Below are positions 31,601-40,359 of a stretch of 64,000 nucleotides of DNA, piece by piece (the first letter of the stretch is position 1; every line of letters begins with the position of its first letter). Position numbers and translations under genes: made by a program. The DNA comes from Candidatus Hydrogenedentota bacterium. GTDB lineage: Bacteria > Hydrogenedentota > Hydrogenedentia > Hydrogenedentales > JAEUWI01. The stretch is taken from contig JAXMOL010000010.1 in the NCBI GenBank assembly GCA_034669905.1, forward strand, positions 97,037 through 161,036, read 5' to 3'. The notes below the pieces were generated by a model. The model made no database searches. It was not told the DNA's origin and was given only the letters and a program-made list of their open reading frames with translations.

Positions 31601-32150
31601 GCGTGCAGAAAAAGCCGCTGCCCTCCTCGCGGAAATGGAAGGGGAAGCGGGCACCGCGAACTCCGACCTGGCCCAGATGAGCTTTGAAGAGCTCGCCGAC
31701 TACCTCGAGTATGACCCCATGGCCTACCGCGAGCAGAAACTGGAAGATGGCGAGAAGGTCTTCCTCCGCGCACGGTGTGCCAATTGCCACGTCTTCGGCA
31801 CCAAAGGCAAGGGCGGTGGCCCCGACCTCTCTACCGTGACGAGCCGTTTTCGTCGCCGCGACATCCTGGAGGCCATCATGTATCCCTCCAAGGTGGTCTC
31901 GGACCAGTACACGGGCCTGGAGCTCGAGCTGGACGACTTCAGCACGGTAACCGGGATGGTCGTCGGTGAAAATGAGAGTACCCTTACCCTCATCACCGTC
32001 CATGGCGAACGGATGGAAATCCCGCGGGAGACCATCACCAGGCAGACCATTACGGAGAAGTCCATCATGCCGGAAGGCCTGCTGAACACCATGAGCCTCC
32101 GGGACCTGGTGAATCTGGTGTACTTCCTGGAGAATGGCGCCGACCAGTAA
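28674..32150 (+). CDS. DUF1080 domain + PVC-type beta-propeller dehydrogenase + HEAT repeats + cytochrome c
   Basis: Signal peptide; PLFNGKDLSGW, NSGIQFR, IALQIH; GFRNAYD; CANCH heme motif; SIMPEGLL. Confidence 0.88.
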   Translation: MNPNVNPIGRALCATALLLAGALLPVGTVSAEEEFTPLFNGKDLSGWTGQPGIWRVEEGEIIGSSHGVKLEHNTFLSTEKSYSDFVLRAKVKLINHNSGIQFRSDQLEDFAVAGYQADVAEKTYFGMLYEEKKRGILPYWNEYTEDERAAVFAAANLDGWNEYEITCEGDHVKIVLNGYTTLDFKDPEGAKAGIIALQIHTGPEMEVRFKDIAIKELNKKKTAVKDGELMPDFEAREAKMAFLGERFRLPDGFSVEEVASNALIGSVINMTFDHLGRPVMGAQDEGVRILLDEDGDGIYDAQKSFSEQVTRIMALHYLAPGDLLVQGNGAEGPGLYRLTDENGDDEADQVKLLMKSDGGMGEHGPHAVLRGPDGYLYIQYGNHAHPIVDEHPLSPSRNLQEDFFLERYVDPRGHANNIMAPGGTILRVDPEFQEWHQLAAGFRNAYDMSMDATGELFTFDSDMEWDYGLPWYRPIRVIHAVPGGDYGWRTGSSKMPDYYLDTLPGVDDVGRGSPVGVAFYEHNAFPDSYKGAFFMGDWSRGRIRVIFPKAEGATFAGDTVDFLVGEPLNVTDLDVGPDGALYFTLGGRGTHGGLFRVTYDDQAATPTVPTTIEDVLTQPMPRSAWGRHAIAQAKEALGAGWATGLQAAVANPEIPGMQRIRALESLQVYGPKPDAPLLSTLARDPDALVRGAAVFLMGTDQLERYREPLINALYDKDPTVARRACEALVRAGLNESTRVESHEGLISGLYLLLDHPDRHLRYAARHTLERIHRDLWSDHILSDDFERRPRGVLEGMLALIETQRAASHADAIFTRLETLSRQPMEEAILLDFLRVVQMAFIRDVTDGDRLAQFKAALGGRMLAQFPAEDMRVNRELQAVIAYLQPPGAIEALLAYLTPDTSQEEQIYTMYALRTISEGWTEETRNQAVAWFDRGREMDGAASMEGFINNMWDSLLTHLPETERVIAQERKAKALAERAEKAAALLAEMEGEAGTANSDLAQMSFEELADYLEYDPMAYREQKLEDGEKVFLRARCANCHVFGTKGKGGGPDLSTVTSRFRRRDILEAIMYPSKVVSDQYTGLELELDDFSTVTGMVVGENESTLTLITVHGERMEIPRETITRQTITEKSIMPEGLLNTMSLRDLVNLVYFLENGADQ

Positions 32151-32168
32151 TCCACCGAAACCCCTGTC

Positions 32169-32206
32169 ACGCCGCACAGCGCCCCTCGCTGTGCGGCGTT
32201 TTTCTT
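32169..32206 (+). terminator. Rho-independent terminator
   Basis: acgccgcacagcg-cccct-cgctgtgcggcgt + TTTTCTT. Confidence 0.85.
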
Positions 32207-32385
32207 GGTGGGCATGTTTACATTATGCACGCTTCACGCGCGCGAGCCCGTCAGGACTCGTTAAGACTCGCCGTTTGGGGATCGCGCGGCACGACCTCGT
32301 TTTTTCTTGATTGAAACGAAGCAGATACTCCGGGGATCGTGGGCTGTCGCGTGTGTCGGACCCTGCCCAGTTGATACAATGGGGC

Positions 32386-33465
32386 ATGCTCGGCATCTAC
32401 CTCCACATCCCCTACTGCAAGACCCTCTGTCCCTACTGCGACTTCGTCAAAGAACGGAGCCGCACCCACGTGCCCGACGCCTTCGTCGCCGCCGTGTGCC
32501 AGGAGATTGGGGCCTTTGAGGGACCCCGCAAGGCCGAAAGTGTCTTCTTCGGGGGCGGCACCCCTTCCATGCTCTCTGAAGCCGGCCTGGAGGCCATCCT
32601 GGAGGCCCTGCACCGCCGCTTTGACCTCGCGGGTGCCGAAATCACCCTGGAAGCCAACCCCGACGATGTCACCGCCGAACTGGCCGAGGCCTGGCACCGG
32701 ACCGGCATCAACCGCGTCAGCCTGGGCGTCCAGAGCTTTGAAGAGAAGGTGCTCCGCTATCTGGGCCGTCGTCACGACGCGAACAGCGCACGGCGGGCCT
32801 GTGACATCGTGGGCAACCGTTTCGACACGTGGAGCCTCGACCTGATTTTCGGGGCGCCCCCGGTGGAAGCCTGGGCGGCGACGTTGGATGAAGCCGTGGC
32901 CATCGGACCGCCCCACCTCTCGGCCTATAACCTCACCTATGAAGTGGGCACGCCCTTTGAAAAGCGGGCCGACCAGGCCATTCCCGACGACATCGCCCTC
33001 CAGATGTTTCGTGAAGCGGAAGAACGCCTCGTGGGCTTTGATCATTACGAGATTTCAAACTACGCGAAGCCGGGGCATCAATCCCGCCACAATCTCATCT
33101 ACTGGCGCAACGAAGATTACGCCGGATTCGGCACCGGCGCCTACTCCTACATCGACGGCGTCCGCGCCCGGAATGCCGTCACCACCGACGACTATCTCCG
33201 CAATCCGGGGGAAAAAACCGAAGCCGAGGCCATCGACGATGAGGCCACCCGTCTGGAAACCCTCATCCAGCATTTTCGGCTTGAAGTCGGCATGGAGAAG
33301 GACTACTACCAGCAGCGCTTTGGCCACCCCGTCGAAGATGACTACGGCACCGTGCTCAGGGAACTCTACGGGCGCGGCCTCCTGGACCAGGACGAGACCC
33401 GCATCTGGCCCACCGCCGAAGGCTTCTACCTCAACAACGAAATCGGCCTGGCCTTAATTCAGTAG
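32386..33465 (+). CDS. hemW: Radical SAM heme chaperone HemW
   Basis: YLHIPYCKTLCPYCDF, FFGGGTPS, TLEANP, YEISNY, HNLIYW. Confidence 0.9.
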   Translation: MLGIYLHIPYCKTLCPYCDFVKERSRTHVPDAFVAAVCQEIGAFEGPRKAESVFFGGGTPSMLSEAGLEAILEALHRRFDLAGAEITLEANPDDVTAELAEAWHRTGINRVSLGVQSFEEKVLRYLGRRHDANSARRACDIVGNRFDTWSLDLIFGAPPVEAWAATLDEAVAIGPPHLSAYNLTYEVGTPFEKRADQAIPDDIALQMFREAEERLVGFDHYEISNYAKPGHQSRHNLIYWRNEDYAGFGTGAYSYIDGVRARNAVTTDDYLRNPGEKTEAEAIDDEATRLETLIQHFRLEVGMEKDYYQQRFGHPVEDDYGTVLRELYGRGLLDQDETRIWPTAEGFYLNNEIGLALIQ

Positions 33466-33466
33466 T

Positions 33467-33746
33467 GGGGACTGCACCGACGCGGTTTTCGTGGTGGACG
33501 CATAGTGTACCTGTGGGTGGAATAGTCCGTTGGAGTGTTTGGGGCGGCAGTGTGCACGTCGGGGCTGTCCCCCTCTTCACAGGGCGCGGCAGTCCCTGAT
33601 TCGTGGGATAGCCGTCCCGGCTGTCATGGCATGTCTTCGAGCCCACGGGACAACGGGATACACTTTGATGATGCAGGTCTAACACCCCGGCGCCCATGCC
33701 CGTGATGGTATACGTGGGCCTTGCGTCAGGCGGGACGCCTGACCCC
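33467..33746. repeat. Two REP-doublet-like inverted repeat pairs between convergent genes
   Basis: ggggactgcaccgacg / cgtcggggctgtcccc; gggatagccgtcccggctgtc / gtcaggcgggacgcctgaccc. Confidence 0.55.
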
Positions 33747-33752
33747 CTATTC

Positions 33753-35156
33753 CTACTGCACTTTCCCAATCTGTCGAAGGGGCCAGAGCACCCACTGGGA
33801 TCTTCCCATGAGATAGCCTTCGGGCACGAAGCCCATGCACCGGCTATCCAATGCTTCCGGATGTTCGGGGTAGTCGGTGATCAGGAAGAAGTGTCCATCG
33901 GGTACGATGCACTTGGTCTTGCCCTTCCCCTTCTTCCCATAGCGGTGGGTCTCGCCGGGAAGTTCCGCGATCTTTATTTCCTGGCCGGGAAGCAACGGTT
34001 GCTCCTTCCCGTTGAGGAGGAGCTTGCCGTCTTCCACCACCACTTCGTCGCCCGAGACTCCGACAATGCGGCCCAACAAGACGTCAATGTCTTTTACGGC
34101 GTCGCCTACGGGACGGTAAAGCACCAGGTCCCCCCGTGTCGCCGTACCCCATTGGCTGAGTTTCCATGGGGTCATGGGCAGACGGAAGCCAAAGTGCAAG
34201 AAGTTCACAAAGACCAGGTTCATACCCTGCTGGTCCGGGCGGGGCGTACGCCAGAGCCGGCCCACGAAAAGCCGCACAAGAACGTAGAGTCCAAGCAGGA
34301 TAAGCAGGCCATTCCACCAGAGGGTGGAGGAAAAGCCGGTAAAGTCGCGCCACCGGGGCGGGGGCCACCAGATGGAGGCCACGCGTCCAACGATGTGCTC
34401 GTTGGGCAGCCAACCGAAGTAGCGTCCATCGCGGCTGTTGGCGCTGTTGTCCCCCAATACGAGGTAGTGCCCCTCGGGCACCTGGGAAAACTCGGGCTCG
34501 GGGCGCACGCCATATTTCATGGAGAAACCCGAAGTATAGCGTTGACCTTCCGGCATGAAATCCGGAATCTCGAGGAGCTCGCCGTCCACGTAGACGTTGC
34601 CGCCCGTGATGTGAATGTGCTCACCGGGCATACCGACAATACGCTTCACCAGGGTGGGATGTTCGGCGTCGGGCTCGACCGACTTAAACACCACGATATC
34701 CCAGCGTTCGGGGTCTTTGCCATGCCAAATCCGTTTATTTAGAAATGGGTAGCGGACGCCATAGACAAACTTGTTTACAAATACGCGGTCGCCTTTTCCA
34801 AAATCGGGGTCGCCGTGGAGGGTCGTCTCCATGGAGCCCGAAGGAATGCGATAGGGCTCCGCGATGGGCCAGCGAATGAGCAAGGCCAGGGCCAGGGCGA
34901 AGAGGAGGGATTTGTTCCAGTCCCAGGCGGCCTCACGGGTCATACGGCCGAGACCAAACTCCACAATGCCCAACACGAGGGCACCGACGGCGGTATAGTA
35001 AAGCCAGGAGGGCAGCTCCATGTGGCCAAAGCGTTGTAAGGCGAGCACGCCGCCGCCAAGCACCGCGAGCACACCACCGCCAACGGAATACAGGGCGGGT
35101 GCCTTGTGGTCGTCCGGCGGTGTCAATTCAGGATCGGATTGAGGAGTAGTGCCCAT
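33753..35156 (-). CDS. lepB: Signal peptidase I with a second degenerate S26 domain
   Basis: IPSGSMETTL, LVKRIVG, GDNSANSRDGRYFG; second domain GDLVLY..LLGRIVG..LDSRCMG. Confidence 0.88.
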   Translation of the reverse strand: MGTTPQSDPELTPPDDHKAPALYSVGGGVLAVLGGGVLALQRFGHMELPSWLYYTAVGALVLGIVEFGLGRMTREAAWDWNKSLLFALALALLIRWPIAEPYRIPSGSMETTLHGDPDFGKGDRVFVNKFVYGVRYPFLNKRIWHGKDPERWDIVVFKSVEPDAEHPTLVKRIVGMPGEHIHITGGNVYVDGELLEIPDFMPEGQRYTSGFSMKYGVRPEPEFSQVPEGHYLVLGDNSANSRDGRYFGWLPNEHIVGRVASIWWPPPRWRDFTGFSSTLWWNGLLILLGLYVLVRLFVGRLWRTPRPDQQGMNLVFVNFLHFGFRLPMTPWKLSQWGTATRGDLVLYRPVGDAVKDIDVLLGRIVGVSGDEVVVEDGKLLLNGKEQPLLPGQEIKIAELPGETHRYGKKGKGKTKCIVPDGHFFLITDYPEHPEALDSRCMGFVPEGYLMGRSQWVLWPLRQIGKVQ

Positions 35157-35254
35157 GAGGTCTCCAGATCAGGTCAATTCAGCATAGTGGGAAAGGGTCC
35201 AATCATAGCAGACCCCCACCCCGGGAAACAGCCACCCAACGCACCGTTCCGGGC

Positions 35255-36121
35255 TTATGCGCCGGAATCTTTCGCGTCCTGCTTTCGCTTTCGGTCACGG
35301 CGCCAATTGCGCACTTCAAACCATACGATGAGGATCGGAATACCATAGAGGAGGAGCGTGCCCCACCAGGTGTGGCTGAAGCCGGTAAAGTCGCGACGGT
35401 GTCCGATGGGCCAGAAAACCGCCGAAGCCCGGCCGTAGAGATGGTCCCGGGGCACCCAGCCAAACATGCGGCCGTCCACACTGTTGAGACTGTTGTCGCC
35501 CAGCATGAGATAGTGGCCTTCCGGAACGACCTGATACTGGTCTTCCTCTTTGCCCGCATATAACGGGGGGTACTCGGTCAGGATTTGCTGAAAGGCCTGA
35601 CGGTGCCGTGCTTCCGGTGCCATCTGTGCCTGGCGGGCAATATCGTCGTAGCTCCAGTAGCCCTGGAAGTCTTCGGGCAGGGTCTCGCCAAAGGGGATCT
35701 TCTCCCCGTTGATATAGACGTGCCCCTCCTTGAGCGCCACACGCTCACCGGGAAGACCTACCACCCGCTTGATCAGGCGGGGATGCTTGCTCCCCCCTTC
35801 CGGTGGTTTGAAGACGACAATGTCCCACCGCTCGGGCTCATTCCAATCCCAGAGGCGGATGGTCGTGAAGGGAATGCGTGGCCCGAAGATCCACTTGTTG
35901 GTGAGCACCCGGTCGCCCTTGAACATATTGGGATCACCATGGAGGGTTGGTTCCATGGAGCCGGAAGGGATGCTGTATTGATCGACGATACACCCCTTAA
36001 TCGTCAGGATCACAAGGAGGAGCAACCCGATTTCCCGGGCCTGCTGCAACAGCCGCTGCTTACGGCCGGGCGCCTGCTCCGCGGTTTCCGAGGAAGGCGT
36101 CGCTTCTGTGGCTGCCCCCAT
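35255..36121 (-). CDS. lepB: Signal peptidase I
   Basis: IPSGSMEPTL, LIKRVVG, GDNSLNSVDGRMFG; directly downstream of lepA. Confidence 0.92.
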   Translation of the reverse strand: MGAATEATPSSETAEQAPGRKQRLLQQAREIGLLLLVILTIKGCIVDQYSIPSGSMEPTLHGDPNMFKGDRVLTNKWIFGPRIPFTTIRLWDWNEPERWDIVVFKPPEGGSKHPRLIKRVVGLPGERVALKEGHVYINGEKIPFGETLPEDFQGYWSYDDIARQAQMAPEARHRQAFQQILTEYPPLYAGKEEDQYQVVPEGHYLMLGDNSLNSVDGRMFGWVPRDHLYGRASAVFWPIGHRRDFTGFSHTWWGTLLLYGIPILIVWFEVRNWRRDRKRKQDAKDSGA

Positions 36122-36123
36122 GA

Positions 36124-37938
36124 CTAACGGTCCGAATCTTCGCTAACTCGAAGCAGGGCCATAAAGGCTTCCTGCGGCACTTCTACGGAGCCCACCTGTT
36201 TCATACGCTTCTTGCCCTCTTTCTGTTTCTCCAGCAACTTCCGCTTACGCGTGATGTCGCCACCATAACACTTGGCCGTCACATTCTTTCGGAGGGCCTT
36301 CACGGTCTCGCGGACGATAATCTTGCCACCAATAGCGGCTTGAATGGCCACTTCATATTGCTGGCGTGGAATCAAACTGCGCAGCTTCGAGGCCAGCGCC
36401 TTCCCCATAGGAACGGCGTTGTCCCGGTGCACGATGACAGACAGGGCATCCACGGACTCGCCATTGAGCATGATATCCAGCTTCACCAGGTCGCCCGGGC
36501 GGTAGCCGATGATGCGATACTCCAGGGAGCCATAGCCCCGTGTGTAGGATTTCAGCTTGTCGTAAAAGTCGATCACGATCTCCGCCAGGGGCATCTGGTA
36601 CACCGCCATACAGCGCCGTCCATCGATGTAATCCACGCGCACGTGGATGCCGCGCTTTTTCTTGCAGAGGTCGATGACCGTACTGAGGTATTCCGTCGGG
36701 ACCATGATGTCGGCTTCGATATAGGGCTCTTCGCAGAGTTCAATCTCTGCGCGGGGCGGCATCTGAGAGGCCTTTTCGATGACCGTCATTTCACCGTCGG
36801 TTCGGGTAATCTGATAGGCCACGTTGGGCATGGTGGAGACAAGGGTTAGATTGAACTCCCGCTCCAACCGCTCCTGGATAATTTCCATGTGGAGCAATCC
36901 CAGGAAACCGAGCCGGAAGCCCAGGCCGAGCGCATCGGAACTGTCCGCCACATACTCAAACGAGGCGTCATTCAGACTGAGCTTTTCCAGGGCGTCGCGC
37001 AGTTCGCCGAAGTCCGTGGCGACCGCCGGATACATGCCGCAGAACACGACGGGCTTCACTTCTTCATAGCCCGGCAGGGGCTCGGGGGCCGGATGGACCG
37101 CGTCGGTGACCGTGTCACCCACTTTGGTGTCTTGCAAGGTCTTGATGCTGCAAATCATATAGCCCACTTCGCCACACTCTAACGCGGGCAAGGGCTTGGC
37201 ACTGGGAGTAAAGCAACCCACCTCGGTCACTTCGTATTTCCGGTCGGCCTTCATGAGCAAAATCTTCTGCCCCTTCGCCAGGCGGCCATCGGTCACCCGA
37301 AGATACACCACGACCCCCCGATAGCTATCGTAGGAAGCATCAAAGATGAGGGCGCGCAACGGCGCATCGGGATTGCCCGAGGGCGGGGGCATCTTACGGA
37401 CGACCGCTTCCAGTACATCCTGGGTTCCGATACCGGACTTGGCACTGGCCAGCACCGCGTCGTCCGGGTCCAGACCGATAATATCGAGAATCTGTTGCCG
37501 CGCATTGTCGATGTCGGCACTGGGCAGGTCAATCTTATTGATAACCGGGACGATTTCCAGATCCTGGTCGACCGCCTTATAGGCGTTGGCCAGCGTCTGG
37601 GCCTCAACCCCCTGGGCCGCATCCACCAACAGCAGGGCGCCTTCACAGGCCGCCAGGCTCCGGGACACTTCATAGGCAAAATCCACGTGGCCCGGCGTAT
37701 CGATGAGGTGGAGCATATAGGTCTCACCGTCTTGCGCCGTGTATTCCATCCGCACGGCCACCGACTTGATGGTGATGCCGCGCTCCCGCTCGATATCCAT
37801 GGTATCGAGGGTCTGCTCCTTCATCTTGCGATCTTCCACGGTGTGCGTCATCTGGAGCAACCGGTCCGCAAGGGTCGATTTTCCGTGATCGATGTGGGCA
37901 ATGATGCAGAAATTGCGAATGTGGGATTGAGGGGCCAT
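36124..37938 (-). CDS. lepA: Elongation factor 4
   Basis: [44 protein letters not shown]. Confidence 0.97.
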   Translation of the reverse strand: MAPQSHIRNFCIIAHIDHGKSTLADRLLQMTHTVEDRKMKEQTLDTMDIERERGITIKSVAVRMEYTAQDGETYMLHLIDTPGHVDFAYEVSRSLAACEGALLLVDAAQGVEAQTLANAYKAVDQDLEIVPVINKIDLPSADIDNARQQILDIIGLDPDDAVLASAKSGIGTQDVLEAVVRKMPPPSGNPDAPLRALIFDASYDSYRGVVVYLRVTDGRLAKGQKILLMKADRKYEVTEVGCFTPSAKPLPALECGEVGYMICSIKTLQDTKVGDTVTDAVHPAPEPLPGYEEVKPVVFCGMYPAVATDFGELRDALEKLSLNDASFEYVADSSDALGLGFRLGFLGLLHMEIIQERLEREFNLTLVSTMPNVAYQITRTDGEMTVIEKASQMPPRAEIELCEEPYIEADIMVPTEYLSTVIDLCKKKRGIHVRVDYIDGRRCMAVYQMPLAEIVIDFYDKLKSYTRGYGSLEYRIIGYRPGDLVKLDIMLNGESVDALSVIVHRDNAVPMGKALASKLRSLIPRQQYEVAIQAAIGGKIIVRETVKALRKNVTAKCYGGDITRKRKLLEKQKEGKKRMKQVGSVEVPQEAFMALLRVSEDSDR

Positions 37939-38023
37939 TAATTACTTCTTTTCCGCCACAACCGGTAAACCGGGGGCTGTCCTTGGGGTTGCTTGCCACA
38001 CGACGCGGCAGGTATCGGGAGCC

Positions 38024-38749
38024 TCAGGTGTTAAACATGTCGTGCAACACCCGCAAACTACGGTAGTCCGTTTCCGTCTGACGGGTCATATAGGCACGTA
38101 CAATTCGAAACAACGTGTCGTCGTGTTCCACGTTGGGGCAGGCCGCAACGGAACGAAACAGCGTCACCAGGTCGTCAAAAACCCGGGACGGATAACGTCG
38201 CTCCGCAGAGCACTGGTCGCACACTGCTCCACCATCCATATCAAAACCCGGATTATGACCTATTTGACCCCCACAATGCACGCAGTGACCCAATTCCGGG
38301 GCGAAACCGGCCACGCTCAGGAGACGGGCCAACTGCCAGGCGCAGTGCAGGCGCGCCGACCCGGACCAGCCGTTCAATTGGTCCAGGCCCTGCACGAGGG
38401 TGGCATAAAACTCCTTGGAAGGTTCGTTGTCGTGGGCCGTGCGGTCAGCCAGTTCCAGCGGCACCGCACCGTAACTGCCCCGCTCCAGGTCCCGCTTGAT
38501 GCCCGAATAGCCCTGCAATAAGCTGGCTTCCCCCAGGGTATGGACCCCACGCCCCTCTTTCCAGTAGTACACCAGCTCCACCTGATTAAAAGTGTCCAAC
38601 GTGGCGGCCAGTGGACTGTTCTTCCGGCGGACGCCCTTGGCGATGCAGGTAAGCCGTCCCCGTGTGGGGGTAAGAAAGGTGATAATCCGACTGGTTTCGC
38701 TGTAGTCCACACCACGGAGCACGATAGCTTCCGATTTTTCCTGTGACAC
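38024..38749 (-). CDS. recO: DNA repair protein RecO
   Basis: AIVLRGVDYSETSRIITFLT..GRL...AKG, CVHC..CDQC zinc finger; GTG start inferred. Confidence 0.9.
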   Translation of the reverse strand: MSQEKSEAIVLRGVDYSETSRIITFLTPTRGRLTCIAKGVRRKNSPLAATLDTFNQVELVYYWKEGRGVHTLGEASLLQGYSGIKRDLERGSYGAVPLELADRTAHDNEPSKEFYATLVQGLDQLNGWSGSARLHCAWQLARLLSVAGFAPELGHCVHCGGQIGHNPGFDMDGGAVCDQCSAERRYPSRVFDDLVTLFRSVAACPNVEHDDTLFRIVRAYMTRQTETDYRSLRVLHDMFNT

Positions 38750-38860
38750 CGGTGGACCCTCGAAGACAGACGAATGAAAGAATGGGGAGAGAATGCGCGT
38801 TACGGAAACGCATCGTAGCACTGGCCCTTGCACCTGCGCAAACCATTGGGTGCCAAAGGC

Positions 38861-38893
38861 AAAGAAAGGGCGGGACCCAATCGGGTCCCGCCC
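38861..38893 (-). terminator. Rho-independent terminator of DUF1559 gene 2
   Basis: Minus strand gggcgggaccc-gatt-gggtcccgccc + TTTCTTT. Confidence 0.85.
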
Positions 38894-38915
38894 AGTTAAT
38901 CAGCATTGCCGGGGA

Positions 38916-39878
38916 TCACCCGCCGAGAAGCACGCCTTGCGCTCTGGAGGCCAAACCTTTGCCGGGATATTTTTCCCACTCGACGTGGCCGTCAAGGTAG
39001 AGGAGGTTGGCACCACCGGGGATGTGGCTGAAGTTCTTGGGATTGGCGCTCACTTCATCGCTGAAATAAGCGATGGTGCTCTGGGCACGGGCCGAAGCGG
39101 ACGGATTGTTGATGTCCGTAATCATGAAGCGCTCGATACCTTCACGAAGACGAAGGAGGATGCGCTCATCACCGCCAGCAGCCAGGGGCGTGAAGTCTTC
39201 GAAGGGAATATCCCGATCAAAGGCCTCGTAGTGATCTTCACCAGCACCCACGAGGGTGCCGATCCGTCCGGGGATGGTGCTGGAATCGCCCGTTATCGCA
39301 CCCGTCAGGATATCAATAACAGCGGGGTCGATCAGACCGGCACCAATGGCCCCGGCGGTGTCGACGCCGACAAGGCCGCCGTCGTTCTCATCCACACCCG
39401 GAACCATGACGTGGTCTTGAACGTCGATAATCCAGCCGTAGTAAAGATACGACAGGTCATCAAATCGGCAGGGGTTGACGGGCAACGTGGGGTCGCCGTC
39501 GGTGTTCCACCGACCGGTAGAGATACGATCGGCCGCATCCTGGTCAGAAGGGCAGCCCAGCACGTTGATGTCCGTCATGTATTCGGGATACATGGACTGA
39601 CCGTCAAACATAAACCCGAAGGTGGGGTCGAGGCAGTCAGCCACGCCGTCACCATCGTTGGCTTCGTCCCAGCCAGCGTTCGGCGGATATTTTTCCCCTT
39701 CCGACTCATTGGCATACATTTTGAACATGATACCGAATTGCTTCAGGTTGTTCTGGCAACTTGCACGGCGGGCAGCTTCCCGGGCACGGGCAAGGGCGGG
39801 CAGCAGGATTGCTGCGAGGATACCGATGATGGCAATAACCACCAGCAACTCAATAAGCGTAAAACCTTTGCGTCTCAT
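38916..39878 (-). CDS. DUF1559 prepilin-type N-terminal cleavage/methylation, H-X9-DG protein
   Basis: [52 protein letters not shown]. Confidence 0.93.
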   Translation of the reverse strand: MRRKGFTLIELLVVIAIIGILAAILLPALARAREAARRASCQNNLKQFGIMFKMYANESEGEKYPPNAGWDEANDGDGVADCLDPTFGFMFDGQSMYPEYMTDINVLGCPSDQDAADRISTGRWNTDGDPTLPVNPCRFDDLSYLYYGWIIDVQDHVMVPGVDENDGGLVGVDTAGAIGAGLIDPAVIDILTGAITGDSSTIPGRIGTLVGAGEDHYEAFDRDIPFEDFTPLAAGGDERILLRLREGIERFMITDINNPSASARAQSTIAYFSDEVSANPKNFSHIPGGANLLYLDGHVEWEKYPGKGLASRAQGVLLGG

Positions 39879-40053
39879 AGTTTGCGATTCCTTTGGTTTA
39901 ATTGCGTCTGGTAATGGAATTAAGAGTTTTATAAATTCGTTAACACAGGCTGAGGGGGGTGAAACGCGCTCGATGGCAAAATGCGCTCTCCTCCTTTCTC
40001 TGGTGCCCTGAATACGGCGCTAATTCAGCCCTAACCTCCTCTGCGTGTTTTTT

Positions 40054-40086
40054 ATGGTAGTACGAAACGCTCCAAAAAGCAATAGG
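40054..40086 (-). promoter_or_regulatory. sigma70-type promoter of DUF1559 gene 2
   Basis: Minus strand CCTA-TTGCTT-17 bp-TACCAT. Confidence 0.62.
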
Positions 40087-40359
40087 TTTTTTAGGGGTTT
40101 TATTCGTTGGAAGTACACAAATGGGACGCCTGTGGAGGGGGCATTGCTTCGCAAAAAAACCTTTACGGTTTTGCGCGCCACCGATGGCAAAGAAGTCTTC
40201 GCCGTCATCGCCCGCCCGCGCCAGCTGCACCTATTCCCTAACACGCTGATACAGCGAGCCTTAGCGAACGCTTGTGCTCAGGGCTATACAGCGTGTCTAC
40301 CGAGAGGGTACACTGATTCCTTGAACCATTCGCTGGACTGTATAAAAGGAACTGCTGCC

